The notes: generated by a model not told the origin, from the letters alone. A stretch of DNA of 64,000 bases from an uncultured bacterium (GCA_963736115.1 CAVTNR010000008.1:192001-256000); one strand, 5' to 3'; positions 10,715 through 21,506 are shown, counted from the first letter of the stretch. Made by a program: numbers and translations.

Positions 10715-12787
10715 TCACCACTCCGTCCTCACCCCGACCACCACGTCCCTCCCAGGCCCGTCCCACCACGTCACGCCGGACAGCGGGTCGCGCACGCTCC
10801 GGTCCATGACATTCCGCACGCTGAGAGACACGCGAAGCGGCATGCCTGCCGTGAACCTGCCCCGGAAAACGGATCCGAAATACAGGTCCAGCAATACGGC
10901 GCCCCCGGTTTGGAGCTCATTCTCGGCCGCGTCCTTCCGGTCCGCGGACAGGCGGAGATCCGCGCCCGCGGTCCATTCGAACGGCGCGCCGTTCAGACGG
11001 ACGGAAAGCGTCCCCCTGAGAGGCGGAACGCCGGGAAGGGGCGCATCTTCCGTTTCGTCCCGGCCTTCCACCGCGGATACGATCAGGCCGAAGCGGGCAT
11101 GACCGGACGCGGCCCAGGATGCGCCGGCTTCCCCGCCGGTCAGGAGCGCGCGGCCCACGTTCGCGTAAGCGAATGTGTCCCTGGCCGCGGTGAGCGTCCG
11201 CAGAACAATGAGCCGGTCAATGCGGTTCCGGAAGAGAGAAAATTCTCCTTCAACGCGGTCCGACTTCCATTTTACGCCCGCGTCCAGATTCAGGCTCGTT
11301 TCGGAGCGGAGTTCCGGATTGCCGATCACGAATCCGGCCTGGCCCGATCCGCGGAAATACCGCTCCTGCGGATCCGGTGAACGGAACGCGCGGCCGACAT
11401 TGGCGAACAGGCGGAGAGGTCCGGCCGGCCTGCAGAGAACACCGGCATTTCCGGACCAGTTCGACTCCGATTCCCTGCGGTCCGATTCGACGAAGGTGCC
11501 GGCCGTTCCCCCGGCCCGGCTCAGGAAAAGGTCGGTCCGGCCGCCGGCTTGCACTGATATAAAGCGTGAGGCTGCGAGCTCGGCGTTGACGAAAACCCCC
11601 GCTCCGGACTGCGTGAGACGGGGCAGGGGAGGCGTCCGGTCAGGGGGAGGATCCTTCAGCACGGCGCCGGACGCGTTGCGGAGCAGGAGATCCGCGATCC
11701 GTTCGGAGACGACCCGGTGCGTGAATGCCTCCCCTCCGGCGATCACGTAATGCGGGCCCAGCACCCAGTCGGACTGGCCGCTGAAGCCCGCGGCCCTCAG
11801 GCGCCGTTCCGCGTTCTGGGTTTGTTCAACGAACGCCGGGCCCTTCGGTTTTCCGGAAATCAAAGCCTCAAAACTCCGGTATTCCTTCTGACCGTAGGTC
11901 CGGACGCGGACGCCTTTCCACGCGCCCTTCGGCCGACGTATTTCGAATTCCGCGGTGAGTCGGTCGCGGTCATAGGCGTTGAAACCGGCCCGGGCCGCGT
12001 ACCGGTCCGCGGGCACGCCGACCTTGTCCATCCGGTCCGTTTGGCCGCGGAACGTCAGGCGCACGCCCCGGCCCGGTTTCAGGACCGCTTCGGCCTGAAA
12101 CGCGTTGCCCCGGAAAGCCGTATTGGCCAGCCTGCCCATGGGCGTCCGGAGATCCTCGGCTGTGCGGCGGGCCGCATTCACGGATAGAGAAGCTCTGCGG
12201 CCGTCCGCGGCCAGGGATGCCGTACCGTTCCACTGGCTGTTCGCGGACAGGTATTGGACGCCGGACCGGCCTGACACACCTGAGGGCCGCGGCCCGGGCG
12301 TCGGCGCCGGTCCTGTGATGAGGTTCACGACCCCGGCCACCGCGTCCGATCCGTACAGGACCGAGGCCGGACCCCGGATCACCTCGATCCGGACGATCTG
12401 GTCCGCGTCCACGAGAAAGGGGTGCTCGCCGTACCCGCGCAGGATGTCGAGGCGGAGCCCGTCCACGAGCAGGAGCACGCGCGAACCGGAAAGGCCGCGT
12501 ATCGACCACCGGCCCGTCCATGGGCCGACGGACTGCGTTGCGGCGCCGGGAAGGATCGCGGCCGCGTCCGACGCGGTCGCGACACCGTCCGACCACAGGC
12601 GGTCCGCGGGTATGGCGGACAGGGGCCGGTTCGTTTCCATGGCGTCCGACTCGCGCCGGTTCGCTGTGACAAAGACTTCCGGCATCCGGTAACGCACGGA
12701 ATCGGGGGGAGGCACGGATGCGGTCTGGCCGGACAGGGACACAGCCGCGGTCAGGAAGAGAATGAGGGAATGCGTTCGGGCGGACAT
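10715..12787 (-). CDS. TonB-dependent receptor
   Basis: Signal peptide, EVFVTA TonB-box, plug motif IEVIRGPASVLYGSDAVAGVVN, GNPELRSE, terminal W. Confidence 0.9.
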   Translation of the reverse strand: MSARTHSLILFLTAAVSLSGQTASVPPPDSVRYRMPEVFVTANRRESDAMETNRPLSAIPADRLWSDGVATASDAAAILPGAATQSVGPWTGRWSIRGLSGSRVLLLVDGLRLDILRGYGEHPFLVDADQIVRIEVIRGPASVLYGSDAVAGVVNLITGPAPTPGPRPSGVSGRSGVQYLSANSQWNGTASLAADGRRASLSVNAARRTAEDLRTPMGRLANTAFRGNAFQAEAVLKPGRGVRLTFRGQTDRMDKVGVPADRYAARAGFNAYDRDRLTAEFEIRRPKGAWKGVRVRTYGQKEYRSFEALISGKPKGPAFVEQTQNAERRLRAAGFSGQSDWVLGPHYVIAGGEAFTHRVVSERIADLLLRNASGAVLKDPPPDRTPPLPRLTQSGAGVFVNAELAASRFISVQAGGRTDLFLSRAGGTAGTFVESDRRESESNWSGNAGVLCRPAGPLRLFANVGRAFRSPDPQERYFRGSGQAGFVIGNPELRSETSLNLDAGVKWKSDRVEGEFSLFRNRIDRLIVLRTLTAARDTFAYANVGRALLTGGEAGASWAASGHARFGLIVSAVEGRDETEDAPLPGVPPLRGTLSVRLNGAPFEWTAGADLRLSADRKDAAENELQTGGAVLLDLYFGSVFRGRFTAGMPLRVSLSVRNVMDRSVRDPLSGVTWWDGPGRDVVVGVRTEW

Positions 12788-12802
12788 GGTTTGGTATTCT
12801 CA

Positions 12803-12827
12803 GTAGCCCACGGTTTTAACCGTGGGC
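12803..12827. repeat. GTAG-type REP-like palindrome
   Basis: GTAG-CCCACGGTT-TT-AACCGTGGG hairpin, with a degenerate partial copy about 30 bp downstream. Confidence 0.55.
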
Positions 12828-12872
12828 GGCTTCAGCCGGGGGAGGTTTTAACCGTAGGTCGTCCGTATCGGT

Positions 12873-14009
12873 TCACTCCGTCGGAATCGGGCGCAGCACA
12901 ACGGTGAACGTGCTTCCCCGGTCCGGTTCGCTTTCGACGGAGACGTCCCCGCCGTACATCAGCGCGAGTTTCTTCACGATGGCGAGGCCGAGGCCGGAGC
13001 CCAGGATGCTCCGGGTTTTCTCGTTCTTGATGCGGACGAACTCCCGGAACAGCATGGCGGTCTCCTCCGGGGTCAACCCGATGCCGGTGTCCCGGACCGT
13101 CAGCCGGGCGGTTCCGTTCTCGTCCGAGAGAAGGATGTCCACGCGGCCGCCGTCGCGGTTGTATTTCACAGCGTTGGTGATCAGGTTGTTGAGGATCATC
13201 TCGATCTCGCCCGCGTCGCAGCGGAACCGGAATGCCGCGGGCGCTTCCACGGCGATCGTGACGCCTTTTTCCCCGGCCTGCGGCAAAACGGTTTCGACGG
13301 CGGTTCTCAGGACGGACGTCAGGTCCTGTTCGGCGGCCTCGCGGCGCTTCGCCCCCGATTCGATGCGGGTCAGATCGAGCAGGTCGTGGATGATCTTGCG
13401 CATGCCCGTGAGGCGGAGGAGGCTGCGGTTCAGGGGCTCGTCGTAGTCGGACAGCGAGTCGCCCAGGGTCCGGTCGCGGATCATGTGGAGATACCCTTCC
13501 ACCGCGTTCAGGGGCGCCTTCAGTTCGTGCCCGAGCACGGAGATGAACTGGAACCGCACCTTGCGCTGTTCCCGGGCGAGCTTTTTCACCTGCCGCGCGA
13601 GGAGGAGGTTCTGCGCGGCCTTGGTCAGCGTTTTGCGGAGTTCGTCCGGCGTGAAGGGCTTGGCGAGAAAATCGAAGGCGCCGCCCTTGATCGCGCTCAC
13701 CGCGGTTTCGAGCGACGCGTAGGCGGTGATCATCAGCGTGACCGATTCGGACAGTTCCGGCCGGAACCGTTCCAGTATCTCCAGCCCGGTGGTATCCGGC
13801 AGTTTGTAGTCGAGCAGGAGGACGTCGGGCGCCGCGGACCGTATCTTTTCCCCGGCCTCGGCGCCGCTCTCCGCGGTTTCCACTTCGAAACCGAACGTCT
13901 CGTCCATGTCGGGGATGCGGAACTCGAACCGGTCCAGCGCGCGGCGAATGCCCTCGCGCATGCCGAGTTCATCATCGACGACCAGCGTGCGGAGCCGCTC
14001 CACGGTCAC
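12873..14009 (-). CDS. Hybrid receiver-histidine kinase (REC-HisKA-HATPase)
   Basis: LVVDDE, LLDYKLPD, KPF; HELKAPL, NAVKYN, DTGIG, GSGLGL; GTG 14009 overlaps the upstream stop. Confidence 0.9.
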   Translation of the reverse strand: MTVERLRTLVVDDELGMREGIRRALDRFEFRIPDMDETFGFEVETAESGAEAGEKIRSAAPDVLLLDYKLPDTTGLEILERFRPELSESVTLMITAYASLETAVSAIKGGAFDFLAKPFTPDELRKTLTKAAQNLLLARQVKKLAREQRKVRFQFISVLGHELKAPLNAVEGYLHMIRDRTLGDSLSDYDEPLNRSLLRLTGMRKIIHDLLDLTRIESGAKRREAAEQDLTSVLRTAVETVLPQAGEKGVTIAVEAPAAFRFRCDAGEIEMILNNLITNAVKYNRDGGRVDILLSDENGTARLTVRDTGIGLTPEETAMLFREFVRIKNEKTRSILGSGLGLAIVKKLALMYGGDVSVESEPDRGSTFTVVLRPIPTE

Positions 14010-14401
14010 TTCCCCCCGAGCAGGCGGCGCATCTCGCGCTCCAGCTGTTCGAAGCGGACGGGTTTCGAGAGCAGGGCGTCGGCCTTGACCCATGACCGTT
14101 CCTCGTCCGTGGCCGCGTCGAATTCCATGCCCGTTTCGGCCGTCACGGCCGTCACGAGGATGACCGGAATCGAGGGGTCGGTCTTCTTGATGTGGTACGA
14201 AAGCGCGAACCCGCCGTCCGTGTGCTCCATCATGAGGTCCACGACGGCGAGGTCGGGTTTCAGTTCGCGGAGCTTCTCCTCGGCCTCCCGCTGGCCGCCC
14301 GCGGTGACCACCCGGTACCCGGCCCGCTTCAGCATGGTTTCCATCTGAAACAGAAAGTCGGGATCGTCGTCCACCACGAGAATGGTCTGATTTTCAGTCA
14401 T
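14006..14401 (-). CDS. Stand-alone response regulator receiver
   Basis: ILVVDDD, VVDLMM, LVT, KP; no output domain. Confidence 0.9.
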   Translation of the reverse strand: MTENQTILVVDDDPDFLFQMETMLKRAGYRVVTAGGQREAEEKLRELKPDLAVVDLMMEHTDGGFALSYHIKKTDPSIPVILVTAVTAETGMEFDAATDEERSWVKADALLSKPVRFEQLEREMRRLLGGK

Positions 14402-14452
14402 GCGGTTCCCTTCGTTATTCATGTCTTGCGCGGCCGGATCGGGCCGTGCCGA

Positions 14453-16513
14453 TCACGCGGCCGGGATGTTTTCGTCCGGCCGGGCCGCGATGGTGCGGTC
14501 CACGGATTCGGCCTCCGGGGCCCGCGCGGGCAGGTCGATCGTGAAGCTCGATCCCGTCGGCCCCTGCGACGGATCGGCGTTGGACTCCACCCGGATGTCG
14601 CCCCGGTGCATCTTCACGATGCCGTAGGCGATGGCGAGCCCGAGCCCCGTGCCGCGTCCGATCTGGCGCGTCGTAAAGAACGGCTCGAAGATTTTCTTGA
14701 GGTTCTCCCGGGGAATGCCCACGCCGGTGTCGGACACCCGGAACCGGACGCGCTCGCCCGACCGCTCCGTCCCCACGGTCAGCACGCCGCCGGCGGGCAT
14801 GGCGGCGGCCGCGTTGTGGACCAGATTGTTGAGCACCTGGAGAATCTGGTCCCGGTCCAGATCGGCGACGGGGTCGTCGCCCCGGTGCGCGATCTCCGCC
14901 CGCACGTTCTCGGGCAGACGCAGGGGTTTCAGGCATTCTTCGGCGAGCGTCCGGACGTCGACCGGTTTGAGAAAAACCTTGTTCTGGCGCGCGAAATGGA
15001 GCAGGCCGGACACGATTTTCTTGGCCCGGTCCGCGTGGTCCACGATCATCTTCAGGTCGTCGGTCATCTGCGAGGGCCGGTCGGCCGCGTCCTTGAGCAG
15101 GTGCGCGTACATCAGCACCACGCCGAGCGGGTTGTTGACCTCGTGCGCGATGCCCGCGGCCAGCTGGCCCATGCTGGCCATTTTCTCCGACTGGATGAGC
15201 GCCTCGCGGGTCTCGTCGAGCCGCCGGTTGGAGACATTCAGCTCGCGGATGGTGCTGTGCAGCTGCTCGATGGAGTAGGGCAGGCACATTTCCTCCTCGG
15301 CGTGGCCGCGGATGATGGCGGCGGCGTGCTCGCGGCAGGTGTCGTACCCGCAGGCGCCGCAGTTCAGCTCGTCCTCCCTGCGGAACTTCCCGATCGACGC
15401 GAGCACCTCGCGGATTTTCTCCTCGGGAGGCGGGGACACGCGCTGGTCGAAGGGGATGAAGCGGCGGCCCAGGTGGATGTCCGCGAACCGTTCCATGGCG
15501 TCCTGCCAGGCGGCTTTATCGCGGCGGCCGATGATGTCGCGCGCGTAGCGGCCGATCCGGCTGCGGCGCCGGAACGGGGGCGCCTCGGTCGTCATGCCCG
15601 GCCCCATGATGCAGCCGTCGCAGCAGAGCACGTCGAGAAACCGGGCCTCCACGTCACCGGCCGAGAATTCCATCACCGCGTCGATGAAGATGGCCTTTCC
15701 GTTGGCGGAGACGACCTTGCCGTCGATCAAATCCTCCTCGATGCCGGCGGCCTCGAGGAGCCCGCGGCCGACCGGAAAGAGCGACCCCTTGCCCGCGTGG
15801 GGCGGGTTGAAATCGCGCGGCGTGACCCCGCCTGGGGTGACGCCGTGTCGCTCGAACATGCCCCGGAGCTCCGAGAAGGTCAGCACTTCGTCCACTTCGC
15901 CGTCGACTTCCTCGCTCTCGGCCTCGATTTTCTTCGAAATGCAGGGGCCGATGAAGATGATGCGGATATCCGGCCCGTGCATCTCGTGCAGTACCCGGGC
16001 CGTGGCGATCATGGGGGAGACCACGGGCGCCAGGTCGTCGAGGAGCTCGGGGTGGTACCGCTTGACGTAGCCGAACACGGCCGGGCAGGCGGTGGAGATG
16101 TACCGCTCCACGCCGGGCGCGTCCAGGAGCTCGCGCATGCGGCGCGCCACCAGGTCCGCCCCGAACCCGACCTCGTGGACGAAGGAGAACCCGAGGGCCC
16201 GGATCATGCCGACGAGCCGTGTGTGGGCCATGTCCGGGAACTCCGCCGCGAAGCTGGGCGCGACGATGGCCGCGACGAGGTCGTCCGATTCGAGCAGGCG
16301 TTCGATCTCGGGAATGTTGTTCCGGACCCGCTTGGCGTTCTGGCTGCAGACGCGCACGCAGTTGCCGCACCCGATACAGCTGTCGGGTATGACCTGGGCC
16401 TGCCCTCCGGCGATCCGGATCGCCTTGGCGGGGCATTCCCGCACGCAGGTGTAGCAGACCCGGCACCGGTCGTAGATCGTGCTGACGAGAGGTTCTGTCT
16501 TTCTCAGCGGCAA
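14453..16513 (-). CDS. Sensory (group C-like) [FeFe]-hydrogenase domain fused to histidine kinase
   Basis: N-terminal 2x[4Fe-4S] motifs; divergent H-cluster motifs STACPA, GPCISKKIE, DVLCCDGCIMGPG; FeS motif LNCGACGYDTC; HEVNNPL and GTGLGL kinase motifs. Confidence 0.88.
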   Translation of the reverse strand: MPLRKTEPLVSTIYDRCRVCYTCVRECPAKAIRIAGGQAQVIPDSCIGCGNCVRVCSQNAKRVRNNIPEIERLLESDDLVAAIVAPSFAAEFPDMAHTRLVGMIRALGFSFVHEVGFGADLVARRMRELLDAPGVERYISTACPAVFGYVKRYHPELLDDLAPVVSPMIATARVLHEMHGPDIRIIFIGPCISKKIEAESEEVDGEVDEVLTFSELRGMFERHGVTPGGVTPRDFNPPHAGKGSLFPVGRGLLEAAGIEEDLIDGKVVSANGKAIFIDAVMEFSAGDVEARFLDVLCCDGCIMGPGMTTEAPPFRRRSRIGRYARDIIGRRDKAAWQDAMERFADIHLGRRFIPFDQRVSPPPEEKIREVLASIGKFRREDELNCGACGYDTCREHAAAIIRGHAEEEMCLPYSIEQLHSTIRELNVSNRRLDETREALIQSEKMASMGQLAAGIAHEVNNPLGVVLMYAHLLKDAADRPSQMTDDLKMIVDHADRAKKIVSGLLHFARQNKVFLKPVDVRTLAEECLKPLRLPENVRAEIAHRGDDPVADLDRDQILQVLNNLVHNAAAAMPAGGVLTVGTERSGERVRFRVSDTGVGIPRENLKKIFEPFFTTRQIGRGTGLGLAIAYGIVKMHRGDIRVESNADPSQGPTGSSFTIDLPARAPEAESVDRTIAARPDENIPAA

Positions 16514-16568
16514 ATCCGTTCACCCTTTCCCCGGGCCGGCCGGATCCGGACGAGCGGCCGGCGGCGGG

Positions 16569-18292
16569 TCATTGCAGGACGTCCCGATCGTGGTAATGCG
16601 TGTGCAGCAGGCGGTGGCTCTTCTCGCCGAGGGGCTCGCCCAGGAATTCCTTGTACAGCCGGACGACGGAGGGGTTCCCGTGCGAGGTCCGGACGCGGGA
16701 CGTTTCGTCGATCTCGTACAGGGCCTTCATCCGGGCCCGGACGGCCGCCAGGTTGGCGCTCAGCGGCTGGCCGCCGCCCGCGATGCATCCCCCGGGGCAG
16801 GTCATGACCTCGATGAAGTGCAGGTCGTTCCGGCCGGTTTTGATCTCCTCGAGAAGGCGCCGCGCGTTGCCGAGGCCGGAGACCACGGCGAACCCCATGC
16901 GGATGCCGCCGACCTCGAGGTGGACCTGCTTGATCCCGTCCAGCCCGCGGAGCTCCTGGATTTTCGGCCGGTCGAGTTCCTTCCCGGTCAGGAGGAAATG
17001 GGCCGTCCGGATGGCGGCCTCCATCACGCCGCCCGACACGCCGAAGAGCTTGCCCGCGCTGCTGCGTTCGCCGAAGGGCGAGTCGTCGGGCTCGGGCTCC
17101 AGGGCCTTCAGGTCGAGGCCGCGCATGCGGATCACGCGCGACAGTTCGCGCGTGGTCAGCACGGCGTCGACGTCTGCGACCTCGCCGCCGGTCATTTCGG
17201 AGCGCTCGCACTCGAATTTCTTGGCGGTGCAGGGCATGACGGACACGCTGAAGATGTCTTCGGGCGACGCGCCTTCGCGTTCGGCGAAAGCGCTCTTGAT
17301 CAGCGCGCCCATCATCTGCTGGGGGCTCTTGCACGAGGAGAGGTTCTCCAGGAACTCCGGATAGAACTGCTCCACGAACTTGATCCATCCGGGCGAACAG
17401 CTGGTGAACATGGGCAGGCGGCCGCCCGTCTGGACGCGCCGGATGAATTCCGCGGCCTCCTCCATGATGGTCAGGTCGGCCGAGAACGAGGTGTCGAAAA
17501 CGCGGTCGAACCCGAGCCGGCGGAACGCGGCGGCCATGATGCCCATCACGTCCGCGCCGGGCTTGAGGCCGAATTCCTCGCCGAGGGTGACCGATACGGC
17601 CGGCGCGTGCTGGACCACCACGAGCTTCTTCGGGTTCTGGATGGCGCTGATGACGCGCTTCAGGGCGCTCTGCTCCCGGAGGGCCCCGGTCGGGCAGACG
17701 ACGACGCACTGACCGCAGTTGACGCAGCTCGAGACGTTCATGCCCTCGTCGAACGCCGTGCCCCACGACCGTTTTGCTGCCCCGGCCGATGAAGTCGATG
17801 GCCGACACGCCCTGCACCTCCTCGCAGACGCGGACGCACTTGCCGCAGAGGATGCACTTGTCCGGGTCGCGCTCGATGGCCGGGCTCGAGATGTCCATCT
17901 TGTGCTGGGACTTGGCGCCCTGAAACCGGCGCTGTCGCACGCCCAGCTCCTGGGCCAGGTCCTGCAGGTCGCAGTTCCCCGTTGCGCACGCAGTAGAGGC
18001 AGTCGTCCGGATGGTTGGCGAGCAGCAGTTCGATGATGGTCTTGCGCGAGCGGACCGCCTTGGGCGAATGGGTCCGGATCTTCTGGCCCGCCTGAACGGG
18101 GTACGCGCAGGAGGGGACCAGCCCCGGGACGCCGTCGATTTCGACGACGCACATGCGGCAGGCGCCGCTGGGGAAGAGCCCCTCCAGGTGGCAGAGCGTG
18201 GGCACCTTGATGCCTTCGCGCTTGAGCGCCGTGAGGAGGGTCTCGCCTTCGTTGGCCTGGATCGGCCGGTTGTTGACTTCGATCTGTATCAC
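16569..18292 (-). CDS. hydA: [FeFe]-hydrogenase catalytic subunit (HydA/HndD type); two +1 frameshifts near 17978 and 17762
   Basis: [17 protein letters not shown]; [11 protein letters not shown]; H-cluster motifs [32 protein letters not shown]; spread over three frames. Confidence 0.88.
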
Positions 18293-18317
18293 GCGTTGGC
18301 TCCGTGTTCTGAGTTTT

Positions 18318-20314
18318 TCATTGCGCCGAGACCGCCCCGAACCTGCAGACCGTGACGCAGTTGCCGCATCCCACGCACTTGTCGGGGATGATGTAATGGG
18401 GCGTCTTGGGATTGCCCAGGATGGCCTCGGCCGGGCAGTTCTTCGCGCACAGCGTGCATCCCGTGCATTTTTCCTTCTCGATCGTGTAGCTGCAGCAGCT
18501 CCGTGCACGCGCCCGCCGGACAGCGGCGCTCGTAGATGTGGGCCTCGTATTCGTCCTTGAACCAGCGCAGGGTCGAGAGCACCGGGTTCGGCGCCGACCG
18601 GCCGAGCCCGCACAGGCTCGTGTCGCGGATGACGCCGGCGAGCCGGTTCAGGTACATGACGCCCTGGAACCGCTCGAGCGCGTCGTTCTCCGTCTCGTTC
18701 GCCCGGCTCCGGGTGATCCGCTGGAGAATTTCCAGCATCCGGCGCGTGCCCTCGCGGCAGGGGATGCATTTGCCGCAGCTCTCCCGCTGGATGAAATCCA
18801 TGAAGAACTTGGCCAGGTCGACCATGCAGGTGTCCTCGTCCATGACCACGAGGCCGCCCGATCCCATCATGGCGCCGACCCGGATCAGCGATTCGTAGTC
18901 GATGGCGATGTCCAGGTTCTGCTCGGAGATGCACCCGCCCGACGGACCGCCGATCTGCACGGCCTTGAATTTCTTGCCGTTCGGAATGCCGCCCCCGATG
19001 TCCTCGACGATGCTGCGGAGCGTGACCCCCATGGCGACCTCGACGAGTCCGGTCCGCGCAATCTTGCCGGAAAGGGCGAAGACCTTGGTCCCCTTGCTGG
19101 TTTCCGTGCCCACCGAGGCGAACGCCTCGGCGCCGAGGGTGATGACGTCGGGCACGTTGGCGAGGGTTTCGACGTTGTTGATCACCGTGGGCTTGCCGAA
19201 CAAACCGCTGGTCGTCGGGAAAGGGCGGCCGGGGCCGCGGCATTCCGCGCTTGCCCTCGATGGAGTGGATGAGGGCCGTCTCCTCGCCGCACACGAAGGC
19301 GCCGGCGCCCTTCTTGATGAGCACCTCGATCTTGAACCCGCTGTCCAGCACGTTGCCGCCGAGCAGGCCGTAGCGGCGCGCCTCGGAGATGGCGTGCTCC
19401 AGACGGCGGATCGCCAGGGGGTATTCGGCGCGGATGTAGACATAGGCCTTGGTGGCGCCGATGGCGTAGGACGCGATCGCCAGTCCCTCCAGGAGCCGGT
19501 ACGGGTCGCCCTCGATCACGGCCCGGTCCATGAAGGCGCCCGGATCGCCCTCGTCCGCGTTGCAGATGAAGTACTTCTGGTCCGCGGCCTGGTCCAGCGC
19601 CAGTTTCCATTTCATGCCCGTGGAGAATCCGCCCCCGCCCCGGCCGCGGAGCCCGCTGTGATGGACGATCTCGCACACCTCGCGGGGCGTCCGGTCGTGG
19701 AGGATCGACGCCAGGGCGCGGTATCCGCCCGCGGCGATGTACGCCTCGAGGCTCGAGGGATCGAGCACGCCGCAGTTGGCCAGCACGCGGCGCGTCTGGG
19801 GCGCGAAAAAGGGGTGTTCGTCGAGAAAGGCAACGCCTTCCCACGGCTGAAGAGAAGCATGCCGGTGCTGGCCGATGCGGCCCCCGGCCGGCGCCGTTCC
19901 ACCGAACACCGCGGACAGGATGGATTCGACTTTATCCTCAGTGGCTTTTCCGAAGGATAGCCGGCAGCGGCCGGGCATCTGGATGTCGACGATGGGCTCT
20001 TCGACGCACAGGCCGATGCAGCCCACCTCCACCACGTCGGCCTTTTGGCCTGCGGCCTCAATCCACGCGCGGATGCGGGCGAGCGTCTTGCCGGCGCCCG
20101 CGCCGAGTCCGCAGGTTCCGGTGCCGACAAAGATCATGGGAATGTCCAGGGCGTTCCGGGAGGCGGCGGCCCCGCGGCCGCGGCGGAATTCCACGCAGGC
20201 CGGGTCTTCGTGGCAGGCCTTGTCGTCCTGCAGGCAGGCGATGAGGTCGGGGCACGGCTTCACGGCCTCGTGGGTGCAGCGGTCGCAGCATTTCCAGGGA
20301 TCAGTTTGCGGCAT
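18318..20314 (-). CDS. hydB: NADH/FMN-binding diaphorase subunit (HydB/NuoF type); two +1 frameshifts near 19218 and 18492
   Basis: [59 protein letters not shown]; C-terminal 2x[4Fe-4S] in the shifted frame. Confidence 0.88.
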
Positions 20315-20783
20315 CGTTCTTCTCTTCCTCTCGGCGGATCGACCGCAGCAGTTTCCGGGTCCCGTCCGGCGTCATGTTCGCGTGAAACTCCCCGTTGATC
20401 GAGATGACCGGCGCCAGGCCGCATGCGCCGATGCAGGCGACGACTTCCAGGCTGAAGAGCCCGTCCTTGGTGGCGGCGCCGGGTTCGATTTTAAGATCGC
20501 GCTTCAGCGCGTCCAGCACCTTGGCGGATCCCTTCACGTGGCAGGCCGTGCCCCGGCAGACCTGGATGTGGTGCTTTCCGTTCGACTGAAAGCGGAACTG
20601 GTTGTAGAAGGTGGCGACGCCGTAGATCTTGCTCGCGGGAAGCCGCAGATGACGGCCGATGCGGGCCACGGCCTCGCGGGACAGGAAACCCTCGCTCTCC
20701 TGGATTTCCTGGAGCAGGGGGATCAGCTGGTCCCGCCTCGCGTTTTTGTATTTTTCGAGTATGGTCTCGACCGCTGGGCTCAT
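20301..20783 (-). CDS. hydC: [2Fe-2S] subunit (HydC/NuoE type)
   Basis: GVATFYNQF, VCRGTACHVKG, VACIGACGLAP. Confidence 0.92.
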   Translation of the reverse strand: MSPAVETILEKYKNARRDQLIPLLQEIQESEGFLSREAVARIGRHLRLPASKIYGVATFYNQFRFQSNGKHHIQVCRGTACHVKGSAKVLDALKRDLKIEPGAATKDGLFSLEVVACIGACGLAPVISINGEFHANMTPDGTRKLLRSIRREEEKNDAAN

Positions 20784-21424
20784 CCCGTTTCCTTTCGCTG
20801 TCCGGTTTTCGGACCGGAGAAGTAAACCACTTTTTCGACGGCCATGATCATGTCCCGGTTCTCGACATACACGTCCGGCGGAACGATCAGACGGGTGGGG
20901 GCATAGTTCAGAATGCCGCGGACGCCGCCTTCGACGAAGGCGTCCGTCACGGTCTGGGCCGCTCCCGCGGGCACGCAGAGGATGCCGGTGCGGATGCTCC
21001 GGCCGCGGATGATTTCGGAGAGCCGGTCAATGGGATAGCAACGGCATCCGTGTATCACGCGTTCCGTCTTTTCCGGGTCCGTATCGAATGCGGCCGTGAT
21101 CTCCAGGAGAGTCGATCGTCCCTGAAAGTAGGCGAGTATGGCGCGGCCGATGGAGCCGATGCCCGCGAGAGCCACTTCCCGTTTTTCCCGCGGATCCACG
21201 AGCGCGCTGATGCTTTGAATCAGCTTGGCTTTGTCGTAACCGCGCGCCGGAGAGCCGGTATAACCGACCTGCATCAGGTCTCGGCGGACCTGGGCGGGCG
21301 TGAAACCGGCCATGCGGCCGAGCTGGTGGGAATAGATACCTGTTTCGTTTTCAGCGGTTGCCTGTAAAAGCAATCCTCTGTACAGAATCAGGCGTTCAAT
21401 TGTTTTTTCTGAAATTACGCTCAT
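20780..21424 (-). CDS. rex: Redox-sensing transcriptional repressor Rex
   Basis: TIERLILY, AQVRRDL..GY winged helix, GIGSIGRA Rossmann motif, GILNYAP. Confidence 0.92.
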   Translation of the reverse strand: MSVISEKTIERLILYRGLLLQATAENETGIYSHQLGRMAGFTPAQVRRDLMQVGYTGSPARGYDKAKLIQSISALVDPREKREVALAGIGSIGRAILAYFQGRSTLLEITAAFDTDPEKTERVIHGCRCYPIDRLSEIIRGRSIRTGILCVPAGAAQTVTDAFVEGGVRGILNYAPTRLIVPPDVYVENRDMIMAVEKVVYFSGPKTGQRKETG

Positions 21425-21440
21425 TAGATTCGCTTGGTTG

Positions 21441-21506
21441 CTGTTACTGCAATAACATTGTGAAAAATTTCACAGTCAATATAAATAAAAGGTCTAGGAA
21501 AAGCAA
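21441..21506 (-). promoter_or_regulatory. Sigma70 promoter with overlapping Rex operator(s)
   Basis: TTGTGAAAAATTTCACAG (21458-21475) matches TTGTGAA-N4-TTCACAA; adjacent TGTTA-N6-TAACA palindrome; minus-strand TTGCTT-N17-TATATT at 21506-21478. Confidence 0.8.

Noticed and set aside
18289-18321. [13 protein letters not shown] upstream of hydA as a selenocysteine or readthrough site
   Set aside because: HydA is in a different frame and has its own GGAG plus GTG start
14192-19960. 871-aa, 437-aa and 352-aa + strand ORFs
   Set aside because: Antisense to the hydrogenase operon
17738-20314. 858-aa ORF suggesting a HydB-HydA fusion
   Set aside because: Artifact of frameshifts; the middle part is off-frame
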